Shown: positions 1 to 12,724 of the stretch, one piece after another
How the letters are laid out: the number at the start of each line of letters is the position of its first letter
Position numbering within the stretch: the stretch's first letter is position 1
NCBI GenBank assembly: GCA_965153285.1
Contig: OZ229115.1
Strand: one strand, 5' to 3'
Source of the DNA: Podarcis tiliguerta
Taxonomy: Eukaryota
DNA length: 64,000 nucleotides
Made by a program: the position numbers and the translations under genes
Notes under the pieces: model-generated
Seen by the model: the letters and a program-made list of their open reading frames with translations, nothing else
What the model was told of the DNA's origin: nothing
Database searches by the model: none

Positions 1-3000
1 GTGTTCTGAGGACGCATGCCATGGGATGTTCTCAACATCTCCCTAATAAAATATTTTTTAAAATAGTGTTCTCTCTTCTTTAAAAAACAAATATGAAGAA
101 AACCAGCTCTTCTGAACATGGTTTTCATATCTTCCATTGAATGTTGTGTATTCTAAGCAGATAGACAGACGATAGATAGATGGGTAGAGATAATTTCTGA
201 ATGCATTCTCATATTTGCATATTTCTGGTTGGCATTTTTATTTATTTATTGGTAATAGCCTCAGATTTATTTATTTGTTCTTTAATGAGCATTTCTGAAG
301 CCAGTATTGGCAGTTTGATCTCTATATAGTGCTTCACTGGCACAGTCCCCGTTGGGGTTGTTTATGTGTGACCTTGGGCAAGTTCCTTAATCTCTCTCTG
401 CCCTAATTCCCCTTATCTGTAAAATGTAGATGATTTTTGCTTTGAAATCCATTAGAAGCAATGTGAGTTGGGAGTGCTTTTTTTTTTTTAATAATCTGCT
501 TGTTAAAAGTAACCAGTTGGCTTGTGTAGCCAGTCTTTTGACCTGAGAGATCACACTGTAGCTGTACAAATACAAGAAGCTGTTTTATATTGATTCAAAC
601 CACTCATCCAAGTGCTGTTTGTGGCTTTACAGGATATTGGGTTAAGATGGGATAGTGGAGTCTACCTGGTTTTAGTGGAAATGCAAAAGATTGAACCTAG
701 AACCTTCTGCTGCATGCAAAATATTGCCCTGTTGGTGAGGTTCAGAGAGTGACAACATAAGAACAGTGACAACAGTTCTCATGACAACATGGGAACAGTG
801 ATCTCCTGCTTGTGGAATGCTCTCCTCAAGGAGGCAACTTGATGCCATCTTTATCTAGTTTTAGGTCTGTCTCCCCTTCCGCCCCCTTTGCGTGCTTTTG
901 GTCTTCAGGTGCTAAACGAAAATGTTCACTTCGACCAGGCCTTTGGCTGATTGGCATCCGGTCAGGTTATTATTTTTACCACATATTTTGTGGTTTTTAT
1001 ATTGCAGTTTTATGTTCTGAACCACCCTGAGATCTATGGATTTAATAACTTAATAAGCAGCAGCAACAACAACAACAACAATTAACAACAGTCAATACTT
1101 TCCCCTTCAGATTGCTACTGAGTGGGAAAAGAACCAACAACTATGCCTGTCAACAATTGCAATAGGTATCTAGGGCTCCCAGTATCAGGGTAGGGTCTAT
1201 GTTCAGCTTTGGAGTAGTAAATTCCTCTCAGCCACACTCCCCTAAGAAATAAAAACAAAAGCTTTGCTTTCTTGGTGCTGAATGGGACTGGTAGGGCAGA
1301 AGACAGGGAGGCCAACAGTAGACAGAATTCCATTTTCATTCTGCTCTGTCACTGAGCTAGGTTGCTGCCTGAGAAATCTAGAGGTCCTGAAGGCTCCCAA
1401 CTAAGCTGCTAATTGCTATACGTATTTGGGAGAAGTTATATTTTGTAAAGGTCAGAGTTCATCGGCTGCCATCTTGTTTAAGTTGCGAACAGAAAGATGC
1501 AGCATGAGGTAGGCCTACACAGTGAAGCTTTGCTGGAAAATGAGAGCTGTGTCCAGATTGAGGCTTGAAGCTGTTCGCCAGGAAACAGCTCTCCCCACCC
1601 CTAGGAATACGGTGTCCTTTTCCGTTCAATTAACGGTGTCACACAGTCTGTAACTAGCCTGCCAAGACTCCCAGCAAGTCTATAGATCACTCACAGGGAG
1701 GAATGGTGGTTTATTTTTTTGTATAAGAGAAATCTGCAGGTTTTTATAGTTTTGTCAGTCCCAGCCATAGATTGGCACATTTTCTTTCTTTCTTTTCAGA
1801 AATAGCTTTGTAATTTGTTCTCATGAGTCACTTCAGTGCAGGAATGTTTAGCGCTGAGGGTTATCTGTATAAAAGAATAATTGACTTCCTGTTGGTGAAT
1901 AGAAATATCAGGTAGGTGGTGTGATGAATGGTAGCTGTTTGCCACTGATTTTTTGGGGGGGGGTATTGCTTTCTCTCTGTGATTGGCTTTTTTTTAAAGA
2001 GCTTCATCTTCATTCCTGTCCTTCATGAAACCTGAAAGTTGGCATACGGGAGTCTCTAGTAACTCAATGCTATTTCAGCAATTTCCTTTACTTTGCCAAT
2101 TAAGTTACTCCTGCATCATGAATTTAAAGATCCATGCCTCATGAAATTGCCAAGACACAGGTATAGACACTACTATTCAGTTTTGAATTCCTGGTCGATA
2201 AAGAACAAATGGGCTCTACTATAGGCACCCTTACACTTTCCAAGCTATCATGTGTGTCGTCTTTGGAACTGGGACAGAAAGAGAAAACCTGAGAGTACCG
2301 TGGTTTGAAAAGTAAGACAAAATGTTGGTTGAGGAGAAGGAGAGAGAAAACTGAGGGAACTTGAGTTGGCCAGGACTGCTAAGAAAAGTCATTGCAGCAA
2401 AGAGGGGGAGAGGAAACAGTAAATAGGCTTTATTTCCTCTCAGGAGAAGAGGGGCTGTGACCTAACTGAGCCTACTGTAGCACTTAAAACTCTGTGGTCC
2501 TTAATCCTTTCATATACTAACAAGCAAACATGATTTGTTATGTTTTACTGTTGAAATCTCCCACAGCGACATCCTATTTCCTCATGTGACGTCCAGTTAG
2601 TTACACGGGCAGCACCCACAGCTTGTGTGAGTGACCATGGCAGTGTACCACGAACCATCAGCTTGTTCCCAGCAAATTGCTTTTAGTCTTAGCATATTTG
2701 CTGCTGTCATTGGTGGGGAAACTGATGTAGGGAAGTGCCCTAAATAAACATTGGAAGGTGGGTGGGAGAAAAGCAACAAATCCTCCTAAAATAGATGCTA
2801 TTTCATAATTTATCCTTCTTGGCACAAATTGCTTTGTCTGTCATCATATCTGTAGCTACTAATAGGATTTGGTTACCAGAACATGTACATGCTCCTTTTG
2901 AAATTTTTTAAATGGCACTCCAGTTACTCTTTGCTCAACACCCTTCACTGTAACTTGCATGTCGGAATGAGGAAAGGATATTCTGGAAATCAAAGGTAGT

Positions 3001-4673
3001 TTTTCTTATTTCTGTGTGATAATTGTGCAGTGTCCTGAAATGGTGACTATTAATATGCATGCACTCATTGAGACTTACAGTCTTGGGAAAAAGTAATGGT
3101 TTAAAAGCTGTGGAGAGTAAGCTCCAAATGTTTTATACCCAGCCAGATAGAAATTGCCAGTGCACAATGTTGGAATTTGCAATTCTTATTATTATAACCA
3201 GCAACTTTCCATTTACACATTCAGGTCCAAATGCAACAATGCTGCATCCCCCCCCCCCCCATTCCAAAGCTAGTTTTAGCAAACAATACTTCCTTCCTTC
3301 CTATATACATGAAAATGTAAGGCTGTCATCATGTAGCCCCACTGGAGGAATTATAGTCCTGCATTGCAGCCCTGGATTTGCATGAAATCACGGTGAGAAA
3401 AAGAGAAAGCAGGTTGCACCGCAGTAGAGGAAAACCATGGTTCTAAACAACACAGAGGTTTGAATAAAGTAGAGATGGAGCAAAACGGAGGGAAAAAATG
3501 GGCATGAATTTAGCAAATGAGAGAAATGCAAGAAGCAGAGGCTGTGGGGAAGAGGAGGAGGGAGGGAGGAAAGTTTTGACTTGACTGCCCAACATAACAG
3601 CCTGCTGCACTGCGTCCAGCTTCAGAATGACATATAATTTGGAGCTGGATTATTTTCCTAATTCAGATCATCTCATGAAATGGCACATTAGAATTTACTG
3701 TTGAAAAGAAGTGAGGTGGGTCTGATTGAGGTGAAGTCGTGTGGATCAAGGCACATACGAGGAGCTACTAATCCACAGTATCAATGGGGTAAATGAGTCC
3801 TCAGTATCCCAACCTTTGAGTGGTTCTTTAAAGGCACCTTTTATAGTCTTTTTCCTGCAGAACAAAAGAGAAAACAATACTCCCCACATGGTTCTCTGGG
3901 TTGTAGCCACTGACCTTTGGCCTTCTTAGAATGCAGAGCATTTAAATCGCTATTCATACACATTTCTAGTTCATAAATAACACAATACTCAAAAACTATA
4001 AAGTTTTTTAAAAATACCTTTTATCTCTTAGACATGCATTTTAACTCATTGACAAGTAAATGTTTTTAAAAAAATCTCGGTAGAGTTATGCTTTCATTGT
4101 CAGAATACTGAAAGAATTACTTGCACTTTCAGTTTAGCTCTGCACAAAAATTTAAACCTTGTGTCAAGAAGCAATGTAACACGTTTAAATTAATATAGAT
4201 TTTCCCATCATGTTTGGAGAAAATGAAAACCAATGGCAGTATAATTGTACCTTCTCTGACAGATCGAAAGAGTTACTGGAATTTCTAAAGGAGACTAAAT
4301 ATGTTATACTCATTTTTAATGATTTGATTCCGGCGGCAGGGGGGGAGATTTATCTTTACAGTCCTCTAACCATTGTGACATCAAAGTAGGAGACTCGCTA
4401 ATGGAAGCTGATTGTGTGTGTGTGTGAGAGAGAAGCCATAGATATGAAGTAGTAGTAGTAGTAGTTGTTACCACCGTCCTTCATCCAAGGATTTCAGGGT
4501 GGTTTACAATCTAAAAAGACAAAAATGCATAACATAGTAACAAACAAAAGCAATGCCCCTCACAGTTTAAAAGATCATTGTTGTTGTTATTGTTGTTGTT
4601 GTTTCACACCGCATGCCAAAATATATTAGTGCAGAATTGAATATGCTTATTTATCTGTATTTGTATCTGTATA

Positions 4674-5074
4674 GGGACGTGGGTGGCGCTGTGGGTAAAA
4701 CCCTCAGCGCCTAGGACTTGCCGATCGCATGGTCGGCGGTTCGAATCCCCGCAGCGGGGTGCGCTCCCGTCACTCGGTCCCAGCGCCTGCCAACCTAGCA
4801 GTTCGAAAGCACCTCCGGGTGCAAGAAGATAAATAGGGACCGCTTACCAGCGGAAAGGTAAATGGCATTCCGTGTGCTGTGCTGGCTCGCCAGATGCAGC
4901 TTGTCACGCTGGCCACGTGACCCGGAAGTGTCTGCGGACAGCGCTGGCTCCCGGCCTATAGAGTGAGATGAGCGCACAACCCTAGAGTTGTGGCTCCTGG
5001 CCTATAGAGTGAGATGAGCGCACAACCCTAGAGTCTGGCAAGACTGGCCCGAACGGGCAGGGGTACCTTTACCT
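4674..5074 (+). mobile_element. Sauria SINE, full length, with an internal 44-bp duplication
   Basis: GGGACG..GGTGGCGCTGTGG A-box head, GTTCGAATCC B-box, body GCAAGxAGATAAATAGG, ACCTTTACCT tail. Confidence 0.93.
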
Positions 5075-5205
5075 GTGTTGTTGTTTAGTCGTGTCCGACT
5101 CTTCGTGATCCCATGGACCAGAGCACGCCAGGCACTTCTGTCTTCCACTGCCTCCCGCAGTTTGGTCAAACTCATGTTGGTAGCTTTGAGAACACTGTCC
5201 AACCA
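5075..5205 (-). mobile_element. RTE-BovB 3' end fragment
   Basis: The minus strand encodes WLDSV...LREAVEDRSAWRALVHG.TKSRTRL followed by (CAA)n. It matches 40471-40610. Confidence 0.9.
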
Positions 5206-5635
5206 TTAAAAGGCCATAGATGGTTTAATTAGCTAAAGGCCTACAAGAAGAGGAACATTTTCACCTGGCACTGGAATAAGACCATTGTTTCCTGCAATAG
5301 CAATGCATCACATGACTTGCCTGGCTAGTGCCATAAATGAAACGGGCCTGTCGTACTATGTAGGCTTGTCAAAGGTGTAAGATCTTTGTTTCCAAATGTG
5401 TTGACCTGCCCTCTTAACAATTGGGTCAGACCGAGGAAAATAAGCAAATCTAGGAGCTTTGTACCAAATTGCAACACCATGTTGGTCGTCCAGCATAATG
5501 AAATGAGGATTATGTGCTGTTTTGAGTCTGTGTCCTAACTGAAACCACCTGCTGTTGCCCCTTCCCAATAAACAGCTATTATCCTGTAGGGAATCTATGT
5601 CTAATTCACAACTTTCCTTATTTGAGCTATTGAGC

Positions 5636-5707
5636 AAATTTATAATTGTTCAAACCTTTAAAATTTATAATTGTTCAAACCTTTTATAATTGTTCAAACC
5701 TTTAAAA
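5636..5707 (+). repeat. Three-unit minisatellite (TTTATAATTGTTCAAACCTTT core)
   Basis: Direct tandem copies with periods of about 25 and 20 bp. Confidence 0.9.
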
Positions 5708-6698
5708 CTACGAATAAAGGAAACAAGTGTTTGTTTATATAAAAAAAGTTTGAAATAACTGGATGTACTTTAGTTTTAAAATTTTCAGCAATTTTACATG
5801 AAGGCACAGTTTCTGAGAACCTGCTTCTTCCATGTGTGCAAAGCAGCTGATTTTAGATTTGGACTATACTACCCGTTTACTTTGTTAAAAGTTGCTAGCA
5901 GATCCTAAGGTGCTGCTGATCGCTCAGGAAATTGGATGGTTTCAGTGTGATCCCAGCTGACAAGTGATATAATTACATCTGTGTGACTGGATAATCTCTT
6001 TCATCCATTTGTTGCTTCCTAAAAGCTTTTCCCCTTAATTCACTCTCAGGACTCTGCTTTTTATCCCTGAATCATCTGTTTTGGTTTGTCTGTAAGAGTT
6101 TGTTGCAGTGATCAGTATCATTTCCTTCTAAAAGCATATTTGTTTTTTCCTCACCATTATTTATTTTTTAAAGTTGAATGCCCTCCAAAACCCCACAGAA
6201 CTCTCTTCTCTAACCTATTGAATAGGCAGTAGTCTCCCCCTCCCCCCACCGAAAAGATAGGAATCTTTATAGGATCAGAAATACAGTTTGGTCTCTGTAA
6301 TTACAAACCTGTCATCCTGTATCTGCTTCAGACAAAATCCAAACAAAACAATTATGACTGCAGTAAATTGGTCCTTCAGAACATGCTGTCCATAATTTAG
6401 AGGTGATAATAATCTTACTTTAAAACTAGGTGTGGATAATAGTTTCTCTCTGTTGGAATTAATGAAATTTGACATGTTGAAAAGGAGGTAGGTAACGAAC
6501 ATTGAGTCATCTTGTTCTGAGTACTGACCTCTAGCAACAGAAAACTATGATTATTATTTTTTAACAAACACTAAAAAGACAGTGTTGCACTCTTGTTTTC
6601 ATCAGCTGGTTATGTTGCTGTTTTCTAAAATCAAATTGAGTTAAGAAATTACCATACTTTCTGTTTTTAAGTGTAGACTGATCAGGTGTTTTTTTTAT

Positions 6699-8095
6699 TC
6701 CGCCATGCAGCACAAAACCTCCAGATAAAAACCTGGCGAACCAAAGGCTTATATCGCCTAATAGACTTTTATAAAAATAACAACCTTTGTCAACACAAGA
6801 AATACAAGACAAACTAGAAGACACCCAAATGCCCTGGTTAAGACAACACCAACTACATGCCCTCTTAAACAACCCAACAGTAAAATTAGCAGCAACTAGG
6901 CCCCTGACAACCTTCGAAAAACTCTTCCTAACAACAAAGGGAAACGGTAAAGGGACGGTATCCGCAATATACAAAATACTACTCCAAAATCCCGCAAATC
7001 CCCTAGATGCAATAAAAAACAATGGGAGAATGACATAGGCTATGAGATTAACCCCACTCAATGGACCAGAATGTGGTCTAAACCCCCCTTTAAATCCATA
7101 TCAACAAAAAGAAAAGAACTCACACTGAAACTCACCTACAGGTGGTACCCAACACCAAGAAAACTAGCGCTAATACGCCCAGGAACCTCACCAAAATGCT
7201 GGAGAGGGTGCACCTCCACAGGCAGATACCTCCACATGTGGTGGGAGTGTCCCAAAATCCAACTATTCTGGACAACAGCCATACGAGAAATATGTAAAAT
7301 AACTAAGCAAGTTAACTAACTATATACTATATATATATATAACTATATATATTAACTATTAACTATAACTAAGCAAGTTAACTAACTAAAATAACTAAGC
7401 ACCCCAGAATTGGCCCTACTAAACATCTTCCAAGACAACAATGCCCATTTACACCACAAAGAACTCATAACCCACCTACTTTCAGCAGACAGAAACACCA
7501 TAACCAGACACTGGAGAGACCTGTCAGGAGTAAGCATGGACCAATGGTACCAAATAGTATGGGAAACAGCCCTACTAGAAAAATTAACCAATAAACTGAA
7601 ACTGACACAGGGACAAACAGAAGAAGACGCCTTCACCCCGGTATGGCTCCCCTTTATCACATACACAGCCCAACAAGACAATGACAATAATCCACCAACA
7701 GCATACAAATCAATATGGCTAGCCTGATCCAAAACACCCACCCACCCCACTCACACAAAGATCACCACAGCCAATCACAAACAAACAATCACACCCTAGG
7801 CCAACCCCAACCTCTCTCACCACCAAAGGAACACAAGTGAACAACACAAGCAACGCTGACACCAAACTCTACATACATTAAGCATAATAGAAACATCGCC
7901 ACCCGACCCCACCCCCATCCATCTTCCCTCCCTCCACCCCCCTTTCCCCCCCTTTTTCCTTCCCCCCCTAATGCCTCAACAAATGAAATGGATTTGTAAA
8001 AATGTTACATGGGGGAAAAAATATGAGGCATTACACTTACTTCTGTAAAACAAGAAAATCCTTAATAAAATATTTAATAAAATTAACAAAAAAAA
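6699..8095 (+). mobile_element. 5'-truncated, frameshifted L1 LINE (ORF2 C-terminus, 3' UTR, poly-A)
   Basis: A-rich sense strand, Cys/His motif CWRGC...HMWWECPKIQLFW typical of the L1 ORF2 C-terminus, C-rich 3' UTR tract, AATAAA and A-tail at about 8065-8095. Confidence 0.88.
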
Positions 8096-10104
8096 GAGTG
8101 CTGAAAGTTACTAATATGAACTGTAATATGAGTGCTGAAAGTAACTAATATTTTGGAGTTTCTAGAGAGCATACAAGGACCCTTGTTTTATCTGAATGGC
8201 TGAAATACATTTTCTTCAATGACTGAGATTTGGGGATTTATATCCCCAAGTACACAAGATATGGAGCATAAATTTGATGGTGATGTCACACACCAAAGAG
8301 TGCTGCTCTCTATAAGTTGCTAGTAAATAAGCCATGAAGAAATTATTTGGCATTAGATGTAGCTGCCAGACCTAAAAATAGGTCAGTCTTGCAATGAGAG
8401 AAATGAAAAGGTTACTCTGGATGACATGATCAGGCAGCACAATAGGAATGGTGACTGCCCATGTGGGCCCAGTCATAGAATTTGAATAATGTGAGCAATT
8501 AAGCCAAATAGGCAGTTATTACAGTTAAAATATCAGATAATGATCTCAAGCTTAATATGGCAGATTGGGAGAACTACTCATGCCATTTGAATATCTGGGC
8601 TTCATTGGTTCCTGGTGAAAACATAATGGTATAAACACAATCTCTTATGGTGACCCAGATCCCTGACATCATGTTCCAGGTTGCTCCAGCAGAAATAGAG
8701 ACAGTACATGAGTTGCCCATCTCTCAAATGCTAAATGGATTCAGAGTTGTCTTCATATGTGCTAACTTCCAGCTAATGGAGAAAAATGCCAAATTGCCGA
8801 AGGTCAGTGTGTCCATTTGCCATTGATGAAGCTCAGATCTTCATCAAGATTTCTAAGTTGTGATCTTAGATGTACTCAGCAATTTAAGTGCTTCAAGCAC
8901 AATCTTTGAGAAACTGGTGTGTAATGCAACTAGGGTTTTCTTTTGAAATTTATAGTTCATAATCAGTGGCAAACTTGAACAGCCTCTAATCAACAAAAAA
9001 GAGCACTCTTTACTCAGCTAGACCTCAAGGCTCCAAACATTGGGCCATAGCCAACACTGTAGCTCCTCTGCTGTAAGGGAATTCTGTGTGCACAGCAGAA
9101 CTTCCTCTTCCTCTCCCCGTCCAGCCCCCACATGCCCCCAGAGTCAGCTTCAGAGAGTTGGAACCCCACTAGTACAGCATTGGGTGCAACCCATAAATTC
9201 TAGTTCTCATCCACAGGAAAATGGCTGGACTATGAAAGAGACTGAAAATACAGGAAGTCACTTTCTTCAGTTAGTTAAAAGAACGGTCTCTTCTGGATAT
9301 GAAGTTTACTTGCATTTAATTGGATTGCTTCTGTTTTTATACATCATTTAAAGTCAGGGTTTCATACGTGAGGGAAGAGCACGCATGGCATTCTGCAGTG
9401 TGCTGAGAAGGGACCGTTGCTTATTTTCTGACAAGAGGACTTGATATAAGGCTATTGGTTGGTTGGTGTTCAAAATCTGATTAGTCACTGCGGTTTGTTG
9501 TTTAAATATTGTCTTGTAGCTTGGTTTTCCTCTTATTGTCTCTGGAGATTCTAAGTGTCAGTGTGTTTATTTGTTTTTGTTTTTGTTTACTGAACTCTGT
9601 GTTAGAGGTGTGTATGGGGGAATCCAAAGGATGTATATTCATATCTTGAAGGAATTATGTAAGCATTGAGCTACTGCATTGATTTGTTAGATCAAAGGGC
9701 CTCTGTGGAATGTTGCTGTTGGGCACTCATAGCCCACGTTTGCCTCAGCACAGATATCCAATAATTGGATTCATATTCATTTCTTCAATCAGTTTTATAT
9801 GTTATGTGTAGAGAGTCAAGAGGGCCCACACTGTTGTTTCACTGCACATTGCTTCTAGAAGAAAGAGATGTTCTGCAGGGTATTTATGGAGAAATGTATG
9901 TTCCTGCTACACCGGTTCTCATGGGAAATGGTGTTGCACACCACCACAATCTTCAAGTGGTGCGATATTCTAGGAGTTCCAGCACTTGCCCAGCATTCAT
10001 GTTTTCTTTTGGGAATGAGGGAAAGACTGTGGCGTCTTTATGATATATGGTTTGGTTTTTTTTACACATACATACAACCAGAGCCTATGATGGAGGGGTT
10101 CATA

Positions 10105-10358
10105 GAAGAGAAGAAGAAGAGTTTGGATTTGATATCTCGCTTTATCACTACCCGAAGGAGTCTCAAAGCGGCTAACATTCTCCTTTCCCTTCCTCCCCCA
10201 CAACAAACACTCTGTGAGGTAAGTGGGGCTGAGAGACTTCAAAGAAGTGTGACTGGCCCAAGGTCACCCAGCAGCTGCATGCGGAGGAACGGGGACGCAA
10301 ACCCGGTTCACCAGATTACGAGACTACCGCTCTTAACCACTACACCACACTGGCTCCC
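10105..10358 (-). mobile_element. Squam3-type (MIR/CORE-related) tRNA SINE
   Basis: The minus strand starts GGGAGCCAGTGTGGTGTAGTGGTTAAGAGC, contains the CORE-like GCTGGGTGACCTTGGGCCAGTCAC and an L2-like 3' end, and has a (CTT)n tail. Confidence 0.85.
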
Positions 10359-10721
10359 ATAGCATGAACACCCAATAGGGTATTGCTTCTTCCACAGCCA
10401 CAGTCTTGGATTCAAACAGAAATCGAACATTGCTCTCACATATTGCTCTGATTCTCTCTCCAGCTTGCTGCTTTAATTCTAGATCACATCACTGCCACTG
10501 AACTCTGATTCTGGCTTCGTCCTTTTAACTAAACATGAGCTGGGGCGGGGGACCCACCCATTTGCTGTCTCCCACAGAGCCCCTTTCCTTTGTTTTCCTT
10601 AATGGCCCATCACCCAGACAATCACCTCAACAGGAAGCTAGCCCGGCTTATATGTCAACACTTGCGGGATGGAGGGAAACCCAGGAACTCTCAAAAGAGT
10701 CAACATTATCAGTTTCCAAAT

Positions 10722-11102
10722 TCACCCCGTTGTGGGGATTTGAACCGCCAACCTTCCGATCAGCAAGCCCAAGAGGGTCAGTGGTTTAGACCACAGTGCC
10801 ACCTGCGTCCCAGCTCTGTCCCAGCTCCTGCCAACGTAGCAGTTTAAAAGCATGCCAGTGCAAGTAGATAAATAGGTACCGCTGCGGTGGGAAGGTAAAC
10901 AGTGTTTCTGTGCGCTCTGGCACTCGTCACGGTCCTCCATGCGCCAGTAGCGGTTTAGTCATGCTGGCCACATGACCCGGGAAACTGTCTGTGGTCAAAC
11001 GCTGGCTCCCTTGCCTAAAAGCTAGATGAGCACCGTAACCCCATAGTTGCCTTTGACTGGACTTAACCGTCCAGAGGTCCTTTACCTTTTACCTTTTTAC
11101 CT
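10722..11102 (+). mobile_element. Sauria SINE with inverted 5' ~90 bp
   Basis: 10722-10811 is the reverse complement of the SINE head. 10812-11102 is the sense body with an ACCTTTT tail. Confidence 0.9.
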
Positions 11103-12110
11103 GTTTTATAGTGCTCATACAAACTGAAGGCACTATCCAGTTCCTATCCTGCAAAGAGCTGGAACTTTCAGGTGGTTCATTGATAATGAAGCCGAGTTAT
11201 GCTGTGTCATGCTATTGGTCTTTCTTACCCAGTACTGCTTGCTCTGTCAACAAGTTTCTAAGGACTCAGCAGATATTTCCCACCACAGCTGGCTTTTAAC
11301 TTGAAATGCCAGGAATTGAAACCTAGAGCCATTTGTGTGTAAGGCATGTGCCTTATTGTGGTGCTATAAGTTCTTCCTATTGTGTGAATTAATCTTTCTG
11401 TGATTGTCCTAAAATGACATGGCTTGGCATGGCTTCAGGAAATGATTAAAGTGAGAAATGGATTGTTTCTAAGCACCATCCTTCTATACAGGGGGAATCA
11501 TGGTGATTGACCTGTAAAGATTATTTGGGCCCGTAGTATTTTTACAGTTACTCTCGAGAAGTGATAAATACACACATGGTTTCCTTACTTTAGCTGAATA
11601 AATATAGATTAATGGTGTAATGATCAATTAAGAATTTATAATCCATCTGCTTCTTGTTAATCTAAAATGAGACGATGCATTCTGGAGATGGGATGTTTGG
11701 GGGGTTTGGCTGGTGGTGGGGGAAGTTGTTGCTGTTGTTTTTTGTATTATTATTTTAGATTTTTCTGTGATTGATGTGGAAATTGTTTAGTTTGGTTTTG
11801 TATTTTTTATGTTTTATTTTTTGTTTATGAGTACTTTTGCTATGTTGTAGTTATGTATTCCTTTTCATTTTGTAGGCTGTCTTGAGCATGGCTTGAACTG
11901 TGGAAAAGTATGTATGTATGTATGTATGTATGTACCTTCCCAAAACTGAACTCAGTTATTATTTTGCAAAATAATTATATTTATGGAGTTCTACTGTGTC
12001 CAAGTATTTTCATGACAAATCCACATATGAAGGCAGAGTCAATTGTGGAAAAAATGTGTGATTGATCCTTCAGCACGGACTGAGAATATGATTATCTTCT
12101 GTTTTGCTAG

Positions 12111-12224
12111 GTTTATTGGTCTGGCGGAAAACACCACTGAGAAGAGTGCTTGACATAACTGGGACAATTTTCGATCGCTATCATGAAGAAAAGCAGGAGT
12201 GTGATGACGGTCACCACAGATGGT
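12111..12224 (+). CDS. PDE4B: PDE4B1 first coding exon (5' UTR 12111-12182; CDS 12183-12224, MKKSRSVMTVTTDG)
   Basis: Acceptor ttctgttttgctAG ends at 12110. ATG at 12183 has A at -3. The translation matches the PDE4B1 N-terminus as I recall it (MKKSRSVMTVMADD). Donor GTAAGT at 12225 is phase 0, in frame with the next exon. Confidence 0.93.
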
Positions 12225-12724
12225 GTAAGTGTGTGTTTTATATATGTACAGGGGGCTACCTTCACCTAGTTAATTCACATTCCAGTTGACACAGTTGTTT
12301 GTATATGCATTACTTTGCCTCCTATTTAAAAGACTTCTTATTCACAACAGATACAGGCACTTACATTAAGGCATTTCTTTGAGAACATCAGCCAGTCACA
12401 CACTTCCTGCTGCTTTAAATATATATCAGCAAGAAGTGCCAGTGCCCTTTGTGACACATGATTTATGCTTTTGCAGAAAAACAGTATATTGGGCTGCATA
12501 GAGAACTGAAAGTTGGCTTGCTCATAGCTGAGAAAAAGCTAGATGCATTGGGTGCAGAATTTGCTCCTGCTTAAAAGGAAAATGGGATTGGTACAAAGGT
12601 AGGCCCAGTAGCATCATGCAGCATCTTTGGCCTCCATGCCCATTGCTGTGTTGGCACCTTCCCTGAGTCTCCTGTGCCAGCAGGCTTGTACCTACTGCTT
12701 TAATTTTCCCCAAAACCTCTAAGG

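Larger units (their letters stand above)
4448..5280 (-). mobile_element. Old L2 3' end, split by the 4579-5205 composite insertion
   Basis: The minus strand reads tgtaaaccaccctgaaatccttggatgaaggacgg plus a (TAC)n tail at 4448-4510. L2-like sequence resumes after 5206. Confidence 0.6.

Noticed and set aside
5636-5707. Repeat array considered as CRISPR-like
   Set aside because: The units abut without unique spacers and the context is vertebrate, so this is a simple minisatellite.
9240-9470. Repeat-free stretch that might be a conserved regulatory element or UTR exon
   Set aside because: No diagnostic motif cluster or clear splice pair; it cannot be supported without alignment.
11770-11790. 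ttgatgtggaaa resembling the shared PDE4B exon start (FDVENG)
   Set aside because: The match stops after a few codons, there is no proper acceptor, and it lies upstream of the PDE4B1 ATG.
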